Source: a virus. From it: 64,000 nt of DNA. The notes under the pieces were generated by a model. The model saw only the letters and a list, made by a program, of their open reading frames with translations. It ran no database searches and was not told the origin of the DNA. Position numbers and translations under genes: made by a program. This document shows, one piece after another, positions 29,930-39,796 of the stretch (the stretch's first letter is position 1; every line of letters starts with the position of its first letter). The stretch is taken from the IMG/VR virus record IMGVR_UViG_3300031774_000005, positions 11,474-75,473 of that record, one strand, 5' to 3'.

Positions 29930-29960
29930 GCGAACAAAAAATCGTGATTTTTAAAAAACC

Positions 29961-29997
29961 AAAAAAAAAATGAGAGAGGCCGAAGCCCCCCTCATTT
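29961..29997 (-). terminator. Hairpin plus U-tract terminator at the convergence of the two arms
   Basis: - strand AAATGAGGGGGGC-TTCG-GCCTCTCTCATTT then T-run; 13-bp stem with 2 G-U pairs and a C(UUCG)G loop. Confidence 0.8.
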
Positions 29998-30135
29998 AGT
30001 TTTATCCGACCATATTCCATTACAAGCCCTGCATTCCCACAATTTTACTTGTTCGGGAGAACCTACATAGAAACCTAATAGCCTTCTCGCTACTGTTTTT
30101 TCGCCACAGTAGCGACATTCTTGTTTTAAACTCAT
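29992..30135 (-). CDS. Zn-ribbon protein (47 aa; not in the ORF track)
   Basis: MSLKQECRYCG...WECRACNGIW. Confidence 0.65.
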   Translation of the reverse strand: MSLKQECRYCGEKTVARRLLGFYVGSPEQVKLWECRACNGIWSDKTK

Positions 30136-30139
30136 ACAA

Positions 30140-30289
30140 TCACTTGTTTTTGTTATCTTCGCTCATCAAACGCTTCATATATTCTTCGACGCTTTCATCG
30201 GTGATATTAGTTCCACCGAAAGCGGCAAAGAAAAGAAGCATAAGAATTACGACGAAAACAAACAAGCCAAACCATTCCCAGCCAGTCAT
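30140..30289 (-). CDS. Small membrane protein (49 aa; not in the ORF track)
   Basis: MTGWEWFGLFVFVVILMLLFFAAFGG...; stop/start coupled to the upstream gene. Confidence 0.6.
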   Translation of the reverse strand: MTGWEWFGLFVFVVILMLLFFAAFGGTNITDESVEEYMKRLMSEDNKNK

Positions 30290-30882
30290 CACCAATCAAC
30301 CTCCAATTCTTTATGTTCTCCCTTTTCCATAGAAAAGGCTTTTACTATTCCATTATCTTGTCCATATTTCCAAAGGTCATAGACTAATTGTGTATCTTTC
30401 ATGCAATACTCAACAACTTCATCATATTGACCCATTTTCCATAATTTAGGTGCATCTGCACTATCCATTAGTTTTGCATCATTCATGGTGCATTTAACTA
30501 AATTTTTAAGTTGGAATCTTTCTTTATGTTCTTTCATTAAGATGCGACTTGTATCTATAAATTTTTCTTCTTTTAAATACTTATTAATGCAATAAATATC
30601 CATAGAATCTCTCAATATAGGTAAATCAAAAGCCTTAATGTTATGCCCTAACAAAACCCCGCCTTTTTGTAAATGCTCATCTAAGTCGTATTTTAGTTCG
30701 GATAACGATTTAATAATATGGCCGGATTTAGCAAAACTATCCATTTTCTCATCAACATAAACTGTTCCGGTTTTACCATCCCAAGTAGCAACAGTAGATA
30801 CTTGGAACATATGGGTATTACCAAAACCGCCTATGTCAAAAGACATATTTTTAGTTTCTAAGTCAATAGCCAATACTGACAT
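30289..30882 (-). CDS. DEDD-family (RNase H-like) 3'-5' exonuclease
   Basis: IDLET, GHNIKAFDLP, YCMKD. Confidence 0.85.
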   Translation of the reverse strand: MSVLAIDLETKNMSFDIGGFGNTHMFQVSTVATWDGKTGTVYVDEKMDSFAKSGHIIKSLSELKYDLDEHLQKGGVLLGHNIKAFDLPILRDSMDIYCINKYLKEEKFIDTSRILMKEHKERFQLKNLVKCTMNDAKLMDSADAPKLWKMGQYDEVVEYCMKDTQLVYDLWKYGQDNGIVKAFSMEKGEHKELEVDW

Positions 30883-30884
30883 AC

Positions 30885-31115
30885 TTATTCACCAGCATTA
30901 GACCAAAGTTTGCTAATTTTTTCCTCTTCTTTATTTACTTTAGGTTTTTCATCTATGTCAGTTCTTCTTTTTAAGAAACAAACTATCTGTTTATTAGCCA
31001 CAATTAGTTGAGAACAACATTCCCAACCATCATCTCCATAAGTATTTAATGTGTCAATTATTACTTTTGGCCCTTTTTCTACTTGAAAAACTAAATATGT
31101 ATTTTCCCATTTCAT
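30885..31115 (-). CDS. DUF4177-like small protein
   Basis: KWE...LNTYGDDGWE pattern. Confidence 0.5.
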   Translation of the reverse strand: MKWENTYLVFQVEKGPKVIIDTLNTYGDDGWECCSQLIVANKQIVCFLKRRTDIDEKPKVNKEEEKISKLWSNAGE

Positions 31116-32575
31116 TCATCATCACCTTTTATCATTCTAATATATGTTGTTCTGCCTTCCTTCTTTTCTGCAAACTTATGTCTAATAACTTCATAATATC
31201 TGTAAATCTGCGCCCTTGACTTCTTTGCTTTGGTCTTGACTTCGGTTAAGAGGTTGGTCTTATTCACGAATCCCTCATCATCTTTATTTAACTTATCGTA
31301 GATTTCGACGAAAATCGGCTCTAAATTGTTTTCTGCGATGCTTCGCTTCTTCTGTCTCATGGTTCTTTCAAGCCAATCAACTAATGTCATGTAGCATTGT
31401 TTGATAATAGTTGCGGCTTGACGCACATTATGTCCTGTCACTTTGAATCTATCTTCTTCATTGTTAATAGATGGTGCGGAAGCAACGCTACAAAGAACAG
31501 ACATTTTATACAATATTTTCATTAAACGAGTAGTAAAGTTTCCTGCAATAACCGCAACATCTTCTCTTGCATCTTGCATGATTTTTCTTAATGTTTCATA
31601 TTCTAATGTTAAAACTTGGTTAAAGTCCGGAGTAAATGTCATTGTTTCAAGGGAGTTCTTATTCGCATCTTCCCATCTTTTCTTAGTCATGTTGTAAATA
31701 GTCATTAAAGCCTCAACATATTTATCAATTGGTGCATTTACTTCTTCTATTGTTCCTGCTTTTGCTATTTGCTCAAGTCTCATTTTATGTTGGATAAATT
31801 CGGGAACTTCCCAACAATAAACAAGCATTCTTTGTAATACTCCTTTTTCAGCCATTACTTGATTAAGATTACTTGGAGGGTAAGTCATAGCAATTACTGA
31901 ACGCTCACAAAAACATTCCATAACCATACCACCAAAAGAAGTTAATGCTTTTGATATTATCCAAGAATTACCCGATAATGAGTTCATTAAAGTGTTTAGA
32001 TAAACAATTGAATTTTCTTTATGTTGAGTTTGTTTAAAGATACCGGAGTATTCAAATTCATCCCAATGGGCTAAACCATTTCCTTCTAAAACGCCCGGAT
32101 TTCTTTCATATACATTTTCTCCATCATCATCTTGTTCTTTAGTAAAACCACCAATTAGAACAGAATCGGTATAATCAGTAATACCAAAAGTATCAAAGAT
32201 TCTATTCATAGGTATATTGTTTTCATTTAAATATGGTGGGTGTGCGTTTTGTGCATTTATTCTCTTAAATACTCTATTAGCAACAGGGCCAACAAAATTC
32301 CATAGAGTTGATTTACCCGTTCCTGAAGTTTGAATCCAACAAAAGTGTATTCTTGTATCTTCATGGTTTCTTCCGTTAGGAATAGTAATAAAATCTTTAC
32401 AAATCTGTCCTAAGATAGTAAAGAAACTTATTGCGGCAGGTATCTCATTATAGTGTGATACTTCAATTGCTGATTTTTGAAAGTCTCTAACGACTCTCGG
32501 TAGGGCTTCACTGAAAACACCTGCATTAGTTTCAAGCATTTCCATATATTCTTCTTCATTATATTCTTCATTCAT
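31112..32575 (-). CDS. MCM-like AAA+ helicase lacking the canonical N-terminal domain
   Basis: Walker A TSGTGKS, PGVLEGNGLAHWDEF, GVLQR Arg finger, TTRL sensor 2, C-terminal winged helix. Confidence 0.7.
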   Translation of the reverse strand: MNEEYNEEEYMEMLETNAGVFSEALPRVVRDFQKSAIEVSHYNEIPAAISFFTILGQICKDFITIPNGRNHEDTRIHFCWIQTSGTGKSTLWNFVGPVANRVFKRINAQNAHPPYLNENNIPMNRIFDTFGITDYTDSVLIGGFTKEQDDDGENVYERNPGVLEGNGLAHWDEFEYSGIFKQTQHKENSIVYLNTLMNSLSGNSWIISKALTSFGGMVMECFCERSVIAMTYPPSNLNQVMAEKGVLQRMLVYCWEVPEFIQHKMRLEQIAKAGTIEEVNAPIDKYVEALMTIYNMTKKRWEDANKNSLETMTFTPDFNQVLTLEYETLRKIMQDAREDVAVIAGNFTTRLMKILYKMSVLCSVASAPSINNEEDRFKVTGHNVRQAATIIKQCYMTLVDWLERTMRQKKRSIAENNLEPIFVEIYDKLNKDDEGFVNKTNLLTEVKTKAKKSRAQIYRYYEVIRHKFAEKKEGRTTYIRMIKGDDE

Positions 32576-33261
32576 ATTTTCACCTTCTCTTCCGAGTTTA
32601 ATGTGGAGATTATTCTTTTGGCTAAGGTTTCCCCAATACCTTCAATTGCTTGCAGTTCAAAAACTGAACATTCACCAATTTCCATAATAGAGCCGAATTG
32701 CTTTATTAGTTCTTTTGCCTTTTTTACTGATATTCCTTTAATACTTGTTAATAAATCTAATCTTAAATCATCTGTTGTTAATCTTTTAAATACTTGTGGT
32801 GCTATTGTTTCTCTTGTTCTTGGTTTCATTTTACTTACTGCTGTTATTATTGATGCCGCTTCTTCTTCTGTTTTTACCCAAAAGGGTTTTATGTCCGTGT
32901 CTAATACTATTCTCCCTAATGCTCCAAGAAACTTATTGTTTAACATCACGCTTCTTGCGGCTACGGGCAATTTACTGCTGGAATGTTCAATTATATTTAG
33001 TATGGCCTCACTAAGCGAGCCATAGATGATTACTACATTGGTTTGGTAATGTCTATCCATGTTATCAAGTTGAGTCCAAAGCCTTTTTGACATTACAGAC
33101 CCGATGAAATCAATAGTGGATTTTGCTTCAAAGCAAACATCATCATAAACATAGTCGCCTATCTCAATCCATTTTTTCTCATGTGGAATGAATAGGGCTT
33201 TTGCCTTTTTCATTACTAAGTCGGCTAACTTGGACTTTTCTCTTGAATCAATTATTAGCAT
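32572..33261 (-). CDS. ERCC4/XPF (Hef-like) structure-specific nuclease
   Basis: IIDSRE, IGDY..CFEAKS, C-terminal tandem HhH (IKGIS, IEGIG). Confidence 0.88.
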   Translation of the reverse strand: MLIIDSREKSKLADLVMKKAKALFIPHEKKWIEIGDYVYDDVCFEAKSTIDFIGSVMSKRLWTQLDNMDRHYQTNVVIIYGSLSEAILNIIEHSSSKLPVAARSVMLNNKFLGALGRIVLDTDIKPFWVKTEEEAASIITAVSKMKPRTRETIAPQVFKRLTTDDLRLDLLTSIKGISVKKAKELIKQFGSIMEIGECSVFELQAIEGIGETLAKRIISTLNSEEKVKI

Positions 33262-34288
33262 TTGAATACCTCCAACATTTCCCAACACAAAACCCATCAC
33301 TAATCAGTTTATCACAATGAGGGGTGTTGTAATTATTATATACAGTAAATTTAGAATGTTTGATAGTTTCACTTTTATCCCAATCCAACCATACTGAATC
33401 GGATTCAGCAAATACTCTTTCTAATTCTTCAACTACTAATTTATGCACTTGCGTTTTATCTGCTTGATTTACTAAATCAGTATAGCCCGATAATAAATCT
33501 CGATACCAAGATACCAAATATGCTCTTGCTAAATGCGTAGGATTTTCTACCATAACGGCATTATGCAAACAAGGCAACATAGGCAAATTACCAACTGTTG
33601 AAGGCACAGAAACCGAGCCTTCCATAGCCTCAATAGGGGGTGCTTCGGGGAAAACTACCTCTTTTTTCCCGCTTTTTTTGAACGGTAAAAGGCGTGGCTC
33701 AAGAGCCATTGTTAGTATTTCTTCAATATCTAATCGTAAGTCATCAATTGTTAAAGGTATGCAATACCGAGCATTTCCTTTACCATCGGAAGAGGACATA
33801 TTAACAGTATTGGGAACTCTTCTCAATCTTGTTTTCTGTCCAACTCTTTCATCTAATGAATTTTTCTTACCGACTTTTAAATCTAACAATTGTTTTATTT
33901 CTCTAAATAAGGTTTGAACATTTCTCATGTTTTTTGTTGTCTTACCAAATAAGAATAAATGAAATCCACGACCTGAAAAAAATAAAGTATGTAAATAACT
34001 ATTTTCAATAACCATTTCCATTACAACCTTAACATCTCTCCAAGCCATATCTAAATTATCTTCATGAGCATCAAAATCTAAAAAGATTCTATCAATAATT
34101 ACACTATCCTCAACAGGCATAGTTTCTGTAAAATGTTCAAAATCATAAACGGTAGTATATACATTAGTTCGGTTGTTATGAGATTTAACAAACTCAAAGT
34201 ATTCATTCTTTGTTGTCATCTTTTTTCTTTTCATTTGCGGAGCGTTTTTTACTTGACTCCCCGCCCAAACCATTCTCGGAAACTTCAT
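33248..34288 (-). CDS. Archaeo-eukaryotic primase, PriS-PriL fusion
   Basis: FLDFD, SGRGFH, RRVPNT; C-terminal LPC..H..R and C-x8-C-x3-C Fe-S ligands as in PriL. Confidence 0.85.
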   Translation of the reverse strand: MKFPRMVWAGSQVKNAPQMKRKKMTTKNEYFEFVKSHNNRTNVYTTVYDFEHFTETMPVEDSVIIDRIFLDFDAHEDNLDMAWRDVKVVMEMVIENSYLHTLFFSGRGFHLFLFGKTTKNMRNVQTLFREIKQLLDLKVGKKNSLDERVGQKTRLRRVPNTVNMSSSDGKGNARYCIPLTIDDLRLDIEEILTMALEPRLLPFKKSGKKEVVFPEAPPIEAMEGSVSVPSTVGNLPMLPCLHNAVMVENPTHLARAYLVSWYRDLLSGYTDLVNQADKTQVHKLVVEELERVFAESDSVWLDWDKSETIKHSKFTVYNNYNTPHCDKLISDGFCVGKCWRYSNANN

Positions 34289-34574
34289 TGTTATTACCTC
34301 CAAAATTAACTGTTGCAGTATTAAGCATCTGTTTAATTACTTCCGCTACATCTGCTTGTATTTGTATTAATCCAATATCTCTAAACATATCTTCGTAAGT
34401 TCTTCCTACCATATTTTCATTTATTCTAATATCTCTAATCAATTCAAATCTTTCTTGAAGAGACAATTCTATGTAAATATCATTGGCTAAAGAACCAATA
34501 GAAGTTGCTAAATCGCTAACTTCAACAAAAGACCATTGTTTAGATAAAACTTTTTTCTTAATTAGTTCTTTCAT
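34203..34574 (-). CDS. Hypothetical protein
   Basis: Coupled ORF. Confidence 0.55.
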   Translation of the reverse strand: MKELIKKKVLSKQWSFVEVSDLATSIGSLANDIYIELSLQERFELIRDIRINENMVGRTYEDMFRDIGLIQIQADVAEVIKQMLNTATVNFGGNNNEVSENGLGGESSKKRSANEKKKDDNKE

Positions 34575-34843
34575 TCTTCCCTCTCCTTTAATTGTTCATA
34601 TGCTTGTAGTCTGCTTTGTTTTAATGAATTAGCCATTTGTATAACTGATGCTATTATAGAACAAACTCCCTCATGGGCTTCACGGTCTAATCCTCTAAGT
34701 AATATTCTACTTGCAGTAACATAATCATTACAGTCTCTACATACTCTATCTTCAAAATTCTCAAGAAGAGGTTGTGGATTATTACTTTCAAATTCCATCA
34801 TTTTTTCATTACATAATTTACATTCTATTACATTAGTATTCAT
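34571..34843 (-). CDS. Zn-finger protein
   Basis: CKLC...CRDC. Confidence 0.55.
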   Translation of the reverse strand: MNTNVIECKLCNEKMMEFESNNPQPLLENFEDRVCRDCNDYVTASRILLRGLDREAHEGVCSIIASVIQMANSLKQSRLQAYEQLKEREE

Positions 34844-34847
34844 TTTA

Positions 34848-35777
34848 TCAACCCCATGTGTCTTCTTGAGCCGCAGGACAAATACCAAAATAAGAGCATG
34901 AAGCACACATCTTGTAAAAGAAAGTTGGTGTAAATTCTTTTATTTCATATGCTTTTATCAGTTTAGCAATATTTAGTTTAACAGAAGTCATAGACCTTTT
35001 CTTTACTTCTTCAACTGTAATATGATTAGCCGCAGGATAATACCAACCCCAATGAGTGACCTTCATATCTTTGTTTAAACCATGTTTAGCCAAAACTTCT
35101 TCACTACAATTCTCTATCATTAGTTGATAAAACGCCATTTCTTGACGCATAGAAGTTGTTTTGTAATCTTTCCAACCTCCTGTTTTATATTCAAAAGGAA
35201 TTAAATTACCATTTTCTATAAATATTCTATCAATAATACCTTGAAGTCTAACCGTATATGGTCTGTTAAGAGTAAATTCTTGATAATTATTCCATGCTCC
35301 GCCTTTATATGGGCCAATTGGAATAACTATTTCTGTATCAAACATTTCTTCATTAACAATAGGAAGAAACTCATGTAGTTTATCTTCAGATTTTGCTTCA
35401 ATAAATCGTTGTGCTTCAAATGCCGCCACATTTAATGTAATGTCAAAATAATCATCAACGGGCATTAAACTTGTGCAATATTCTAAGACTTCACTATTAT
35501 TCATATTCTCGGCTTTTTTAATATCAAAATCATTAAAGAAATCTTCACGATGATTATGTAATACCGTTCCTTTACGCATGGCTTCGGTTTGGTCTTGTGG
35601 CCTTCTCTCAATATAATTAAATTGATACTTTTTAGGACACCAATTAAATGAACCTAAAGAAGATTTACTAATCTTCAATATTGGTTTAGATGGGTCATCA
35701 AAATTTTCCCATTCCCATTTATATGTAAAATCCTGCATGCTTGCTATTCTTGCTTTATATTTCTCATCTGTATTCAT
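34848..35777 (-). CDS. Cas4/AddB-like PD-(D/E)xK exonuclease
   Basis: CPKKY, GTVLH, GIIDR, EYKTG, QxxFY, C-x2-C-x5-C. Confidence 0.85.
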   Translation of the reverse strand: MNTDEKYKARIASMQDFTYKWEWENFDDPSKPILKISKSSLGSFNWCPKKYQFNYIERRPQDQTEAMRKGTVLHNHREDFFNDFDIKKAENMNNSEVLEYCTSLMPVDDYFDITLNVAAFEAQRFIEAKSEDKLHEFLPIVNEEMFDTEIVIPIGPYKGGAWNNYQEFTLNRPYTVRLQGIIDRIFIENGNLIPFEYKTGGWKDYKTTSMRQEMAFYQLMIENCSEEVLAKHGLNKDMKVTHWGWYYPAANHITVEEVKKRSMTSVKLNIAKLIKAYEIKEFTPTFFYKMCASCSYFGICPAAQEDTWG

Positions 35778-35781
35778 ATTA

Positions 35782-36045
35782 TCACCTGTCTATTTGTAAT
35801 TGTTTAATTTCTTGAAATGACGCTCTTAATTCAGCGCACATATGGTCGTATAAAAAAACTAAATACTCTTCAAAAGTATAATCTCTAAACTGTTCATAAT
35901 CGTCTTTTTCGGATTTATAATCTAAATATAAACCGTCTCTTACCTCTTCTAATCTTTCTCTTTCTAATAATATTTCATCTTCTCTCAAAACCATTCCTCC
36001 AAACTTCTTTGTATTGTTCCCGTTCTTATTGATGTTAAATCCCAT
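35782..36045 (-). CDS. Hypothetical protein (true start probably downstream)
   Basis: ORF track. Confidence 0.45.
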   Translation of the reverse strand: MGFNINKNGNNTKKFGGMVLREDEILLERERLEEVRDGLYLDYKSEKDDYEQFRDYTFEEYLVFLYDHMCAELRASFQEIKQLQIDR

Positions 36046-36875
36046 GCCATCGCACTAAAAATAGGCTCGGCCTTCTTTACTACTTGTTCGGCATAGTGCT
36101 TGAGGTCGGGATTACAACCCTCAAACTCCTTCGCAGTTGTGCATGATACATACTCAACTACTTTTCTTTCCTTTGTTAAAGGGTGAATATAATACTCACT
36201 ATTGTTTAATACTTTCATAAAGATATATGAATCATCAAATTCAGTATCTTTACTCCAAGCATAAATAACTCCTGCGATACCCGAACCTATTGTCGGTTTT
36301 TTACCTTCAAGAGTTGTGAATTTCTTTGTATGTGTAGCGCATTTACTACATACAGAATGCTCTAATTCTAAACATTCTTTTAGATGATATTTAGCATTAC
36401 AATCCGGACATTTAACCATGAGCCTATTAGTTCTTAATCTACTTCTTTTAATAAGAGGCGTTAGTCCTAACTTTCCATCTAAAACATCGGCATACTTAGA
36501 GTAAAGAAATTGCACTATTTCTGCTTGTGACTTTTGATTTACCCACATTTTCAATACATCTGTTTGAACTTCTTTAGCCAACTTAGTTTCACTAACTCTT
36601 TTGGCAGTAAATCCGGTCATGCTGAATTTAGGCTCATCAAGCCATTCTCCATCTTCCCAAGACACCAAACCCGCATTTCTATTTCTAACAGTTCCGACAC
36701 CTAATGCTGAAAAATACTTTTCAAACTCTAATACTACGGGGTGTTCATCTAATCCCATTACATTTGGAAAGTGTTCTCTTACGCTTTCTTCTATCTCCTT
36801 GATAGCCGTCTGCGCTTTTTCAACAGAATCTATTTGAACATAAATAGAATCAGTATGTCCATAAACTACTTTCAT
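35985..36875 (-). CDS. polB: Family B DNA polymerase, C-terminal half (motif C, thumb)
   Basis: YGHTDS, LEFEK, RNRNAG, Zn insert, C-terminal PIP box QRSLEEWF. Confidence 0.88.
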   Translation of the reverse strand: MKVVYGHTDSIYVQIDSVEKAQTAIKEIEESVREHFPNVMGLDEHPVVLEFEKYFSALGVGTVRNRNAGLVSWEDGEWLDEPKFSMTGFTAKRVSETKLAKEVQTDVLKMWVNQKSQAEIVQFLYSKYADVLDGKLGLTPLIKRSRLRTNRLMVKCPDCNAKYHLKECLELEHSVCSKCATHTKKFTTLEGKKPTIGSGIAGVIYAWSKDTEFDDSYIFMKVLNNSEYYIHPLTKERKVVEYVSCTTAKEFEGCNPDLKHYAEQVVKKAEPIFSAMAWDLTSIRTGTIQRSLEEWF

Positions 36876-37081
36876 TATTTCATACCCACCCTTGTTGGTG
36901 CATTTATCTTATTAATAACATAAAAGTCTCTATTTTCTCCAAGATATTCTTGCATTTCGCATACTGCTCGTTCTAACTTAGCAGTATTTATTTCAAATAA
37001 TACATCTAAGTCTTTTTGTAAGCCCTTGATTGTCTTTTTTAATCCTTCTATTTCTTTTTGTAATTTATCTATATCATTCAT
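36875..37081 (-). CDS. Coiled-coil hypothetical protein
   Basis: Coupled ORF between the PolB halves. Confidence 0.55.
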   Translation of the reverse strand: MNDIDKLQKEIEGLKKTIKGLQKDLDVLFEINTAKLERAVCEMQEYLGENRDFYVINKINAPTRVGMK

Positions 37082-37209
37082 ACTATCACCGTCATAATTG
37101 TTATAATGGTCGCTATGTTCACGATATTTACCATCATTAATATCTTATTTGATTTTGCTATCATAGCCAGCAATTCTTCTAATAATTCATTTGTTTTGTC
37201 CATCATCAT
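37078..37209 (-). CDS. Small membrane peptide (not in the ORF track)
   Basis: MMMDKTNELLEELL...VNIVNIATIITIMTVIV. Confidence 0.5.
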   Translation of the reverse strand: MMMDKTNELLEELLAMIAKSNKILMMVNIVNIATIITIMTVIV

Positions 37210-37360
37210 TTTTATTCGCTCCTTGCTCAATATCAATAATGACCGCATTACGCTTTAAATTATTCATCATTTGAAATATCTCCTTTACTTCTTTTAAAGT
37301 AATATCCCATGTTTCTTCGGTATCATACGATACCTTTACACTTACAATTTTAGTTCTCAT
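37187..37360 (-). CDS. Hypothetical protein
   Basis: GGAGG RBS before MRTKIVSV. Confidence 0.55.
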   Translation of the reverse strand: MRTKIVSVKVSYDTEETWDITLKEVKEIFQMMNNLKRNAVIIDIEQGANKNDDGQNK

Positions 37361-37577
37361 GTTTAATCCTCCTGTAAATCTTTCTTCCTTTAGATGTTTT
37401 AATAGGCTCAACATATTTTTGTCTATTCAAATACCAACCAATAGCGGCATTATCACAAACAAATGTTGTTCCTCTTGTTTCAATTAGTTTTTCTTTTATT
37501 GACATAGCGAAAAATTCTTCGCCAATATCAAGGGATAAAACTAATTCATCTATCCATCTTTTAATGTGTGTGTTCAT
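37350..37577 (-). CDS. Small winged-helix-like protein
   Basis: Helix-helix-wing pattern ending GRKIYRRI. Confidence 0.45.
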   Translation of the reverse strand: MNTHIKRWIDELVLSLDIGEEFFAMSIKEKLIETRGTTFVCDNAAIGWYLNRQKYVEPIKTSKGRKIYRRIKHEN

Positions 37578-37581
37578 ATTA

Positions 37582-37704
37582 TCATCTCTTATCTATTAAA
37601 TCCAAGAACTTTTCAGCCTCAATTCTTGCTTCTTCGGCACATCTTTTACAATGGTATTTGCCTTCAAATTCCGGCCTACATCTTAGTGGTGTTTTACATT
37701 TCAT
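37582..37704 (-). CDS. Small Cys-rich protein (40 aa; not in the ORF track)
   Basis: MKCKTPLRC...HCKRC; GGAG RBS. Confidence 0.5.
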   Translation of the reverse strand: MKCKTPLRCRPEFEGKYHCKRCAEEARIEAEKFLDLIDKR

Positions 37705-38138
37705 ACTTCTAACTCCTTATTTTTATTTTGTGCGTATTTTAGTGCTTGGATTTGAGAACTAAAAAACTTAAACAAACCATTTTGCCGAGTTCTTTTACCG
37801 CACTTTTCACAAGGCGATGATTGAAAAATACCATTTTTTAATTTATGTTCACCATGCTTAGTGGACATAATATTATATTGACCGCAACCTTCTTTTGGTG
37901 TTCTACCAGCAGGTTTTAACTTATTATCTTCTAATTGAACAGGGCATTTCCAAACCACCCAATTTCTTGAATGAATAGGAGATTGTTTTATTTCTTTCTC
38001 TAAAATATGGGAATGCCCTTCTCTAACTTCTTTATATTTTAAAAGAACGAGGGCTTCTTTTTCTGTAAAACTTAATGCTTCACTCATGGGTAATAAGTCC
38101 TTAATTAAAATATAAGTCCTTAAAGTTATACCACTCAT
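37701..38138 (-). CDS. Zn-binding hypothetical protein
   Basis: WKCP..GCG..CEKCG. Confidence 0.55.
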   Translation of the reverse strand: MSGITLRTYILIKDLLPMSEALSFTEKEALVLLKYKEVREGHSHILEKEIKQSPIHSRNWVVWKCPVQLEDNKLKPAGRTPKEGCGQYNIMSTKHGEHKLKNGIFQSSPCEKCGKRTRQNGLFKFFSSQIQALKYAQNKNKELEV

Positions 38139-39790
38139 ATTTCCATCTCCTTCGCCTTAAATGCGGCTAATCTAATAGCCTCTCTTGCACTTGCCGTTAT
38201 AGAAGCCGCTAAATTAACATTAGCCCAACCAAATCCTTGAAAGGCAATAATTCCGTAAAATGAAGCCATTAAACGCTTTACTGCCATTTGATTATTATGC
38301 CATTTTTGATACTCGCCACTATCATTAGAGGCTTTCATTCTTTTCTTATAGTCATTTCTTAACTCTTTTAATTCTAATACTGCTCTTGGTAATAGTCCTA
38401 ATTCATCTGTTTTAAAATACAACATATGTTTCTTTTCAACGGGGCTAAAATCTCTTGGTGTTAGAATATTAACTGCAAATTCTGTTGGTTCTTCACTAAT
38501 GGTTTCCCAAGATATATTTCTTGCTATCATCATTGAAGGATATAGACCTGCAAAATCAAAAGCCGCAACATTAAGATGTAATCCTTGAGTTTGTTCACTT
38601 AAAGGGTCATATATCATAGCCCCTTCATAAGTTTCTCTTTTCTCTACTTTACTTCCTGTCTTGCATTTCCACCAAGCATTTCTCATAAAGTAAATAGAAC
38701 CCATGTGAGAAGCGTAGAAACAAGCATCAAATGGTGCTTTTAGTAATCTTTGTAGTGATAATATTGCTTCACTACAATAGTTTGATTCATCTATCTCGAC
38801 TATCAACTTTACATCTTGTATAGCATAGTCAAGATAAGTTTGAGTATCTTCTAACCAAGCCCTGCGATAAAATTCATTTGTATCGGGAAACTTCTCCGAG
38901 ACAAGTTTCTTCTTGTTTAGAACTGTTTCACCAATATAATCAAGAGACAAAGAAGGTAATGTTCCTCTTTGTGAATCATTCCATTGTCTTTCAAATGCTA
39001 AATCTAAAGATAAAGTAATTCTTCCATTAATAGGTTGTTCAATAGGGCTAAAACCCTTTTCACCATATGCAAAGGAAAAACTATCTTTCTTTTTCTTTAT
39101 ACCTTTAATGTGTCCTGTTGGCGACATTATTTGTGGATTAAGACCAAGAGCGCAGGTTCTTTCTAATAACTTAGGTATATCTGCAAAATGACCGAACCAT
39201 GCAATTAACATATCGGGGTCTTTTACAACCATTGTTGTCATAAAGTTTTCAAGCATGTCTTTTTCATTAGTGAATATTTTAGCATTCCCAAGAGGATAAG
39301 TGTGCATAATTTTACGCATTGCCTTTTCAGGAAACCATACCCATTGATGATACTTCTCTTCATAATTATCATACACTACAATAGTAGTAATACAATCGTG
39401 ATATTCTCCGCCTTGTTGCCATTCCATATCCCAATACCATTTACGCATTTTATACTCCGGCATTTCTTTTACTTCATCAACTGCATATCTAAAGTGAAAA
39501 GGCACATCAGCCTCATAGGTTTTCTTGAACATATCTTTAGCCTTTCTAATATCAAAAGAAGTATCAACTACAACTTTCTTTAACGGCTCATTATCAATAT
39601 TAACCCAATCACCACGAATATACTCAAAGTCTCTATCAATATACTTTGATGCCTTATACTTGGAAGGTTCTTTCTCATCTTCTTTAACATAAAAATAAGG
39701 TTTAACTTCCACCATTTCAAACTTCTTTTCACCGTTCTCTCTCCAAGATTTATAGATTCTTTTACCATCATTCATCTTACTTATTATCAT
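38135..39790 (-). CDS. polB: Family B DNA polymerase, N-terminal half (exonuclease, motifs A and B)
   Basis: WDME (ExoI), YAIQD (ExoIII), DFAGLYPS (A), KRLMASFYG (B). Confidence 0.9.
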   Translation of the reverse strand: MIISKMNDGKRIYKSWRENGEKKFEMVEVKPYFYVKEDEKEPSKYKASKYIDRDFEYIRGDWVNIDNEPLKKVVVDTSFDIRKAKDMFKKTYEADVPFHFRYAVDEVKEMPEYKMRKWYWDMEWQQGGEYHDCITTIVVYDNYEEKYHQWVWFPEKAMRKIMHTYPLGNAKIFTNEKDMLENFMTTMVVKDPDMLIAWFGHFADIPKLLERTCALGLNPQIMSPTGHIKGIKKKKDSFSFAYGEKGFSPIEQPINGRITLSLDLAFERQWNDSQRGTLPSLSLDYIGETVLNKKKLVSEKFPDTNEFYRRAWLEDTQTYLDYAIQDVKLIVEIDESNYCSEAILSLQRLLKAPFDACFYASHMGSIYFMRNAWWKCKTGSKVEKRETYEGAMIYDPLSEQTQGLHLNVAAFDFAGLYPSMMIARNISWETISEEPTEFAVNILTPRDFSPVEKKHMLYFKTDELGLLPRAVLELKELRNDYKKRMKASNDSGEYQKWHNNQMAVKRLMASFYGIIAFQGFGWANVNLAASITASAREAIRLAAFKAKEMEI

Positions 39791-39796
39791 TAATAT

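Noticed and set aside
34848-35777. CRISPR-Cas locus suggested by the Cas4-like gene
   Set aside because: No repeat-spacer array or other cas genes seen; stand-alone Cas4-like nucleases are common in archaeal viruses
36875-38135. Split intein or intron joining the PolB halves
   Set aside because: No Cys/Ser-starting intein N-part or His-Asn C-part; the gap is filled with RBS-bearing, coupled ORFs
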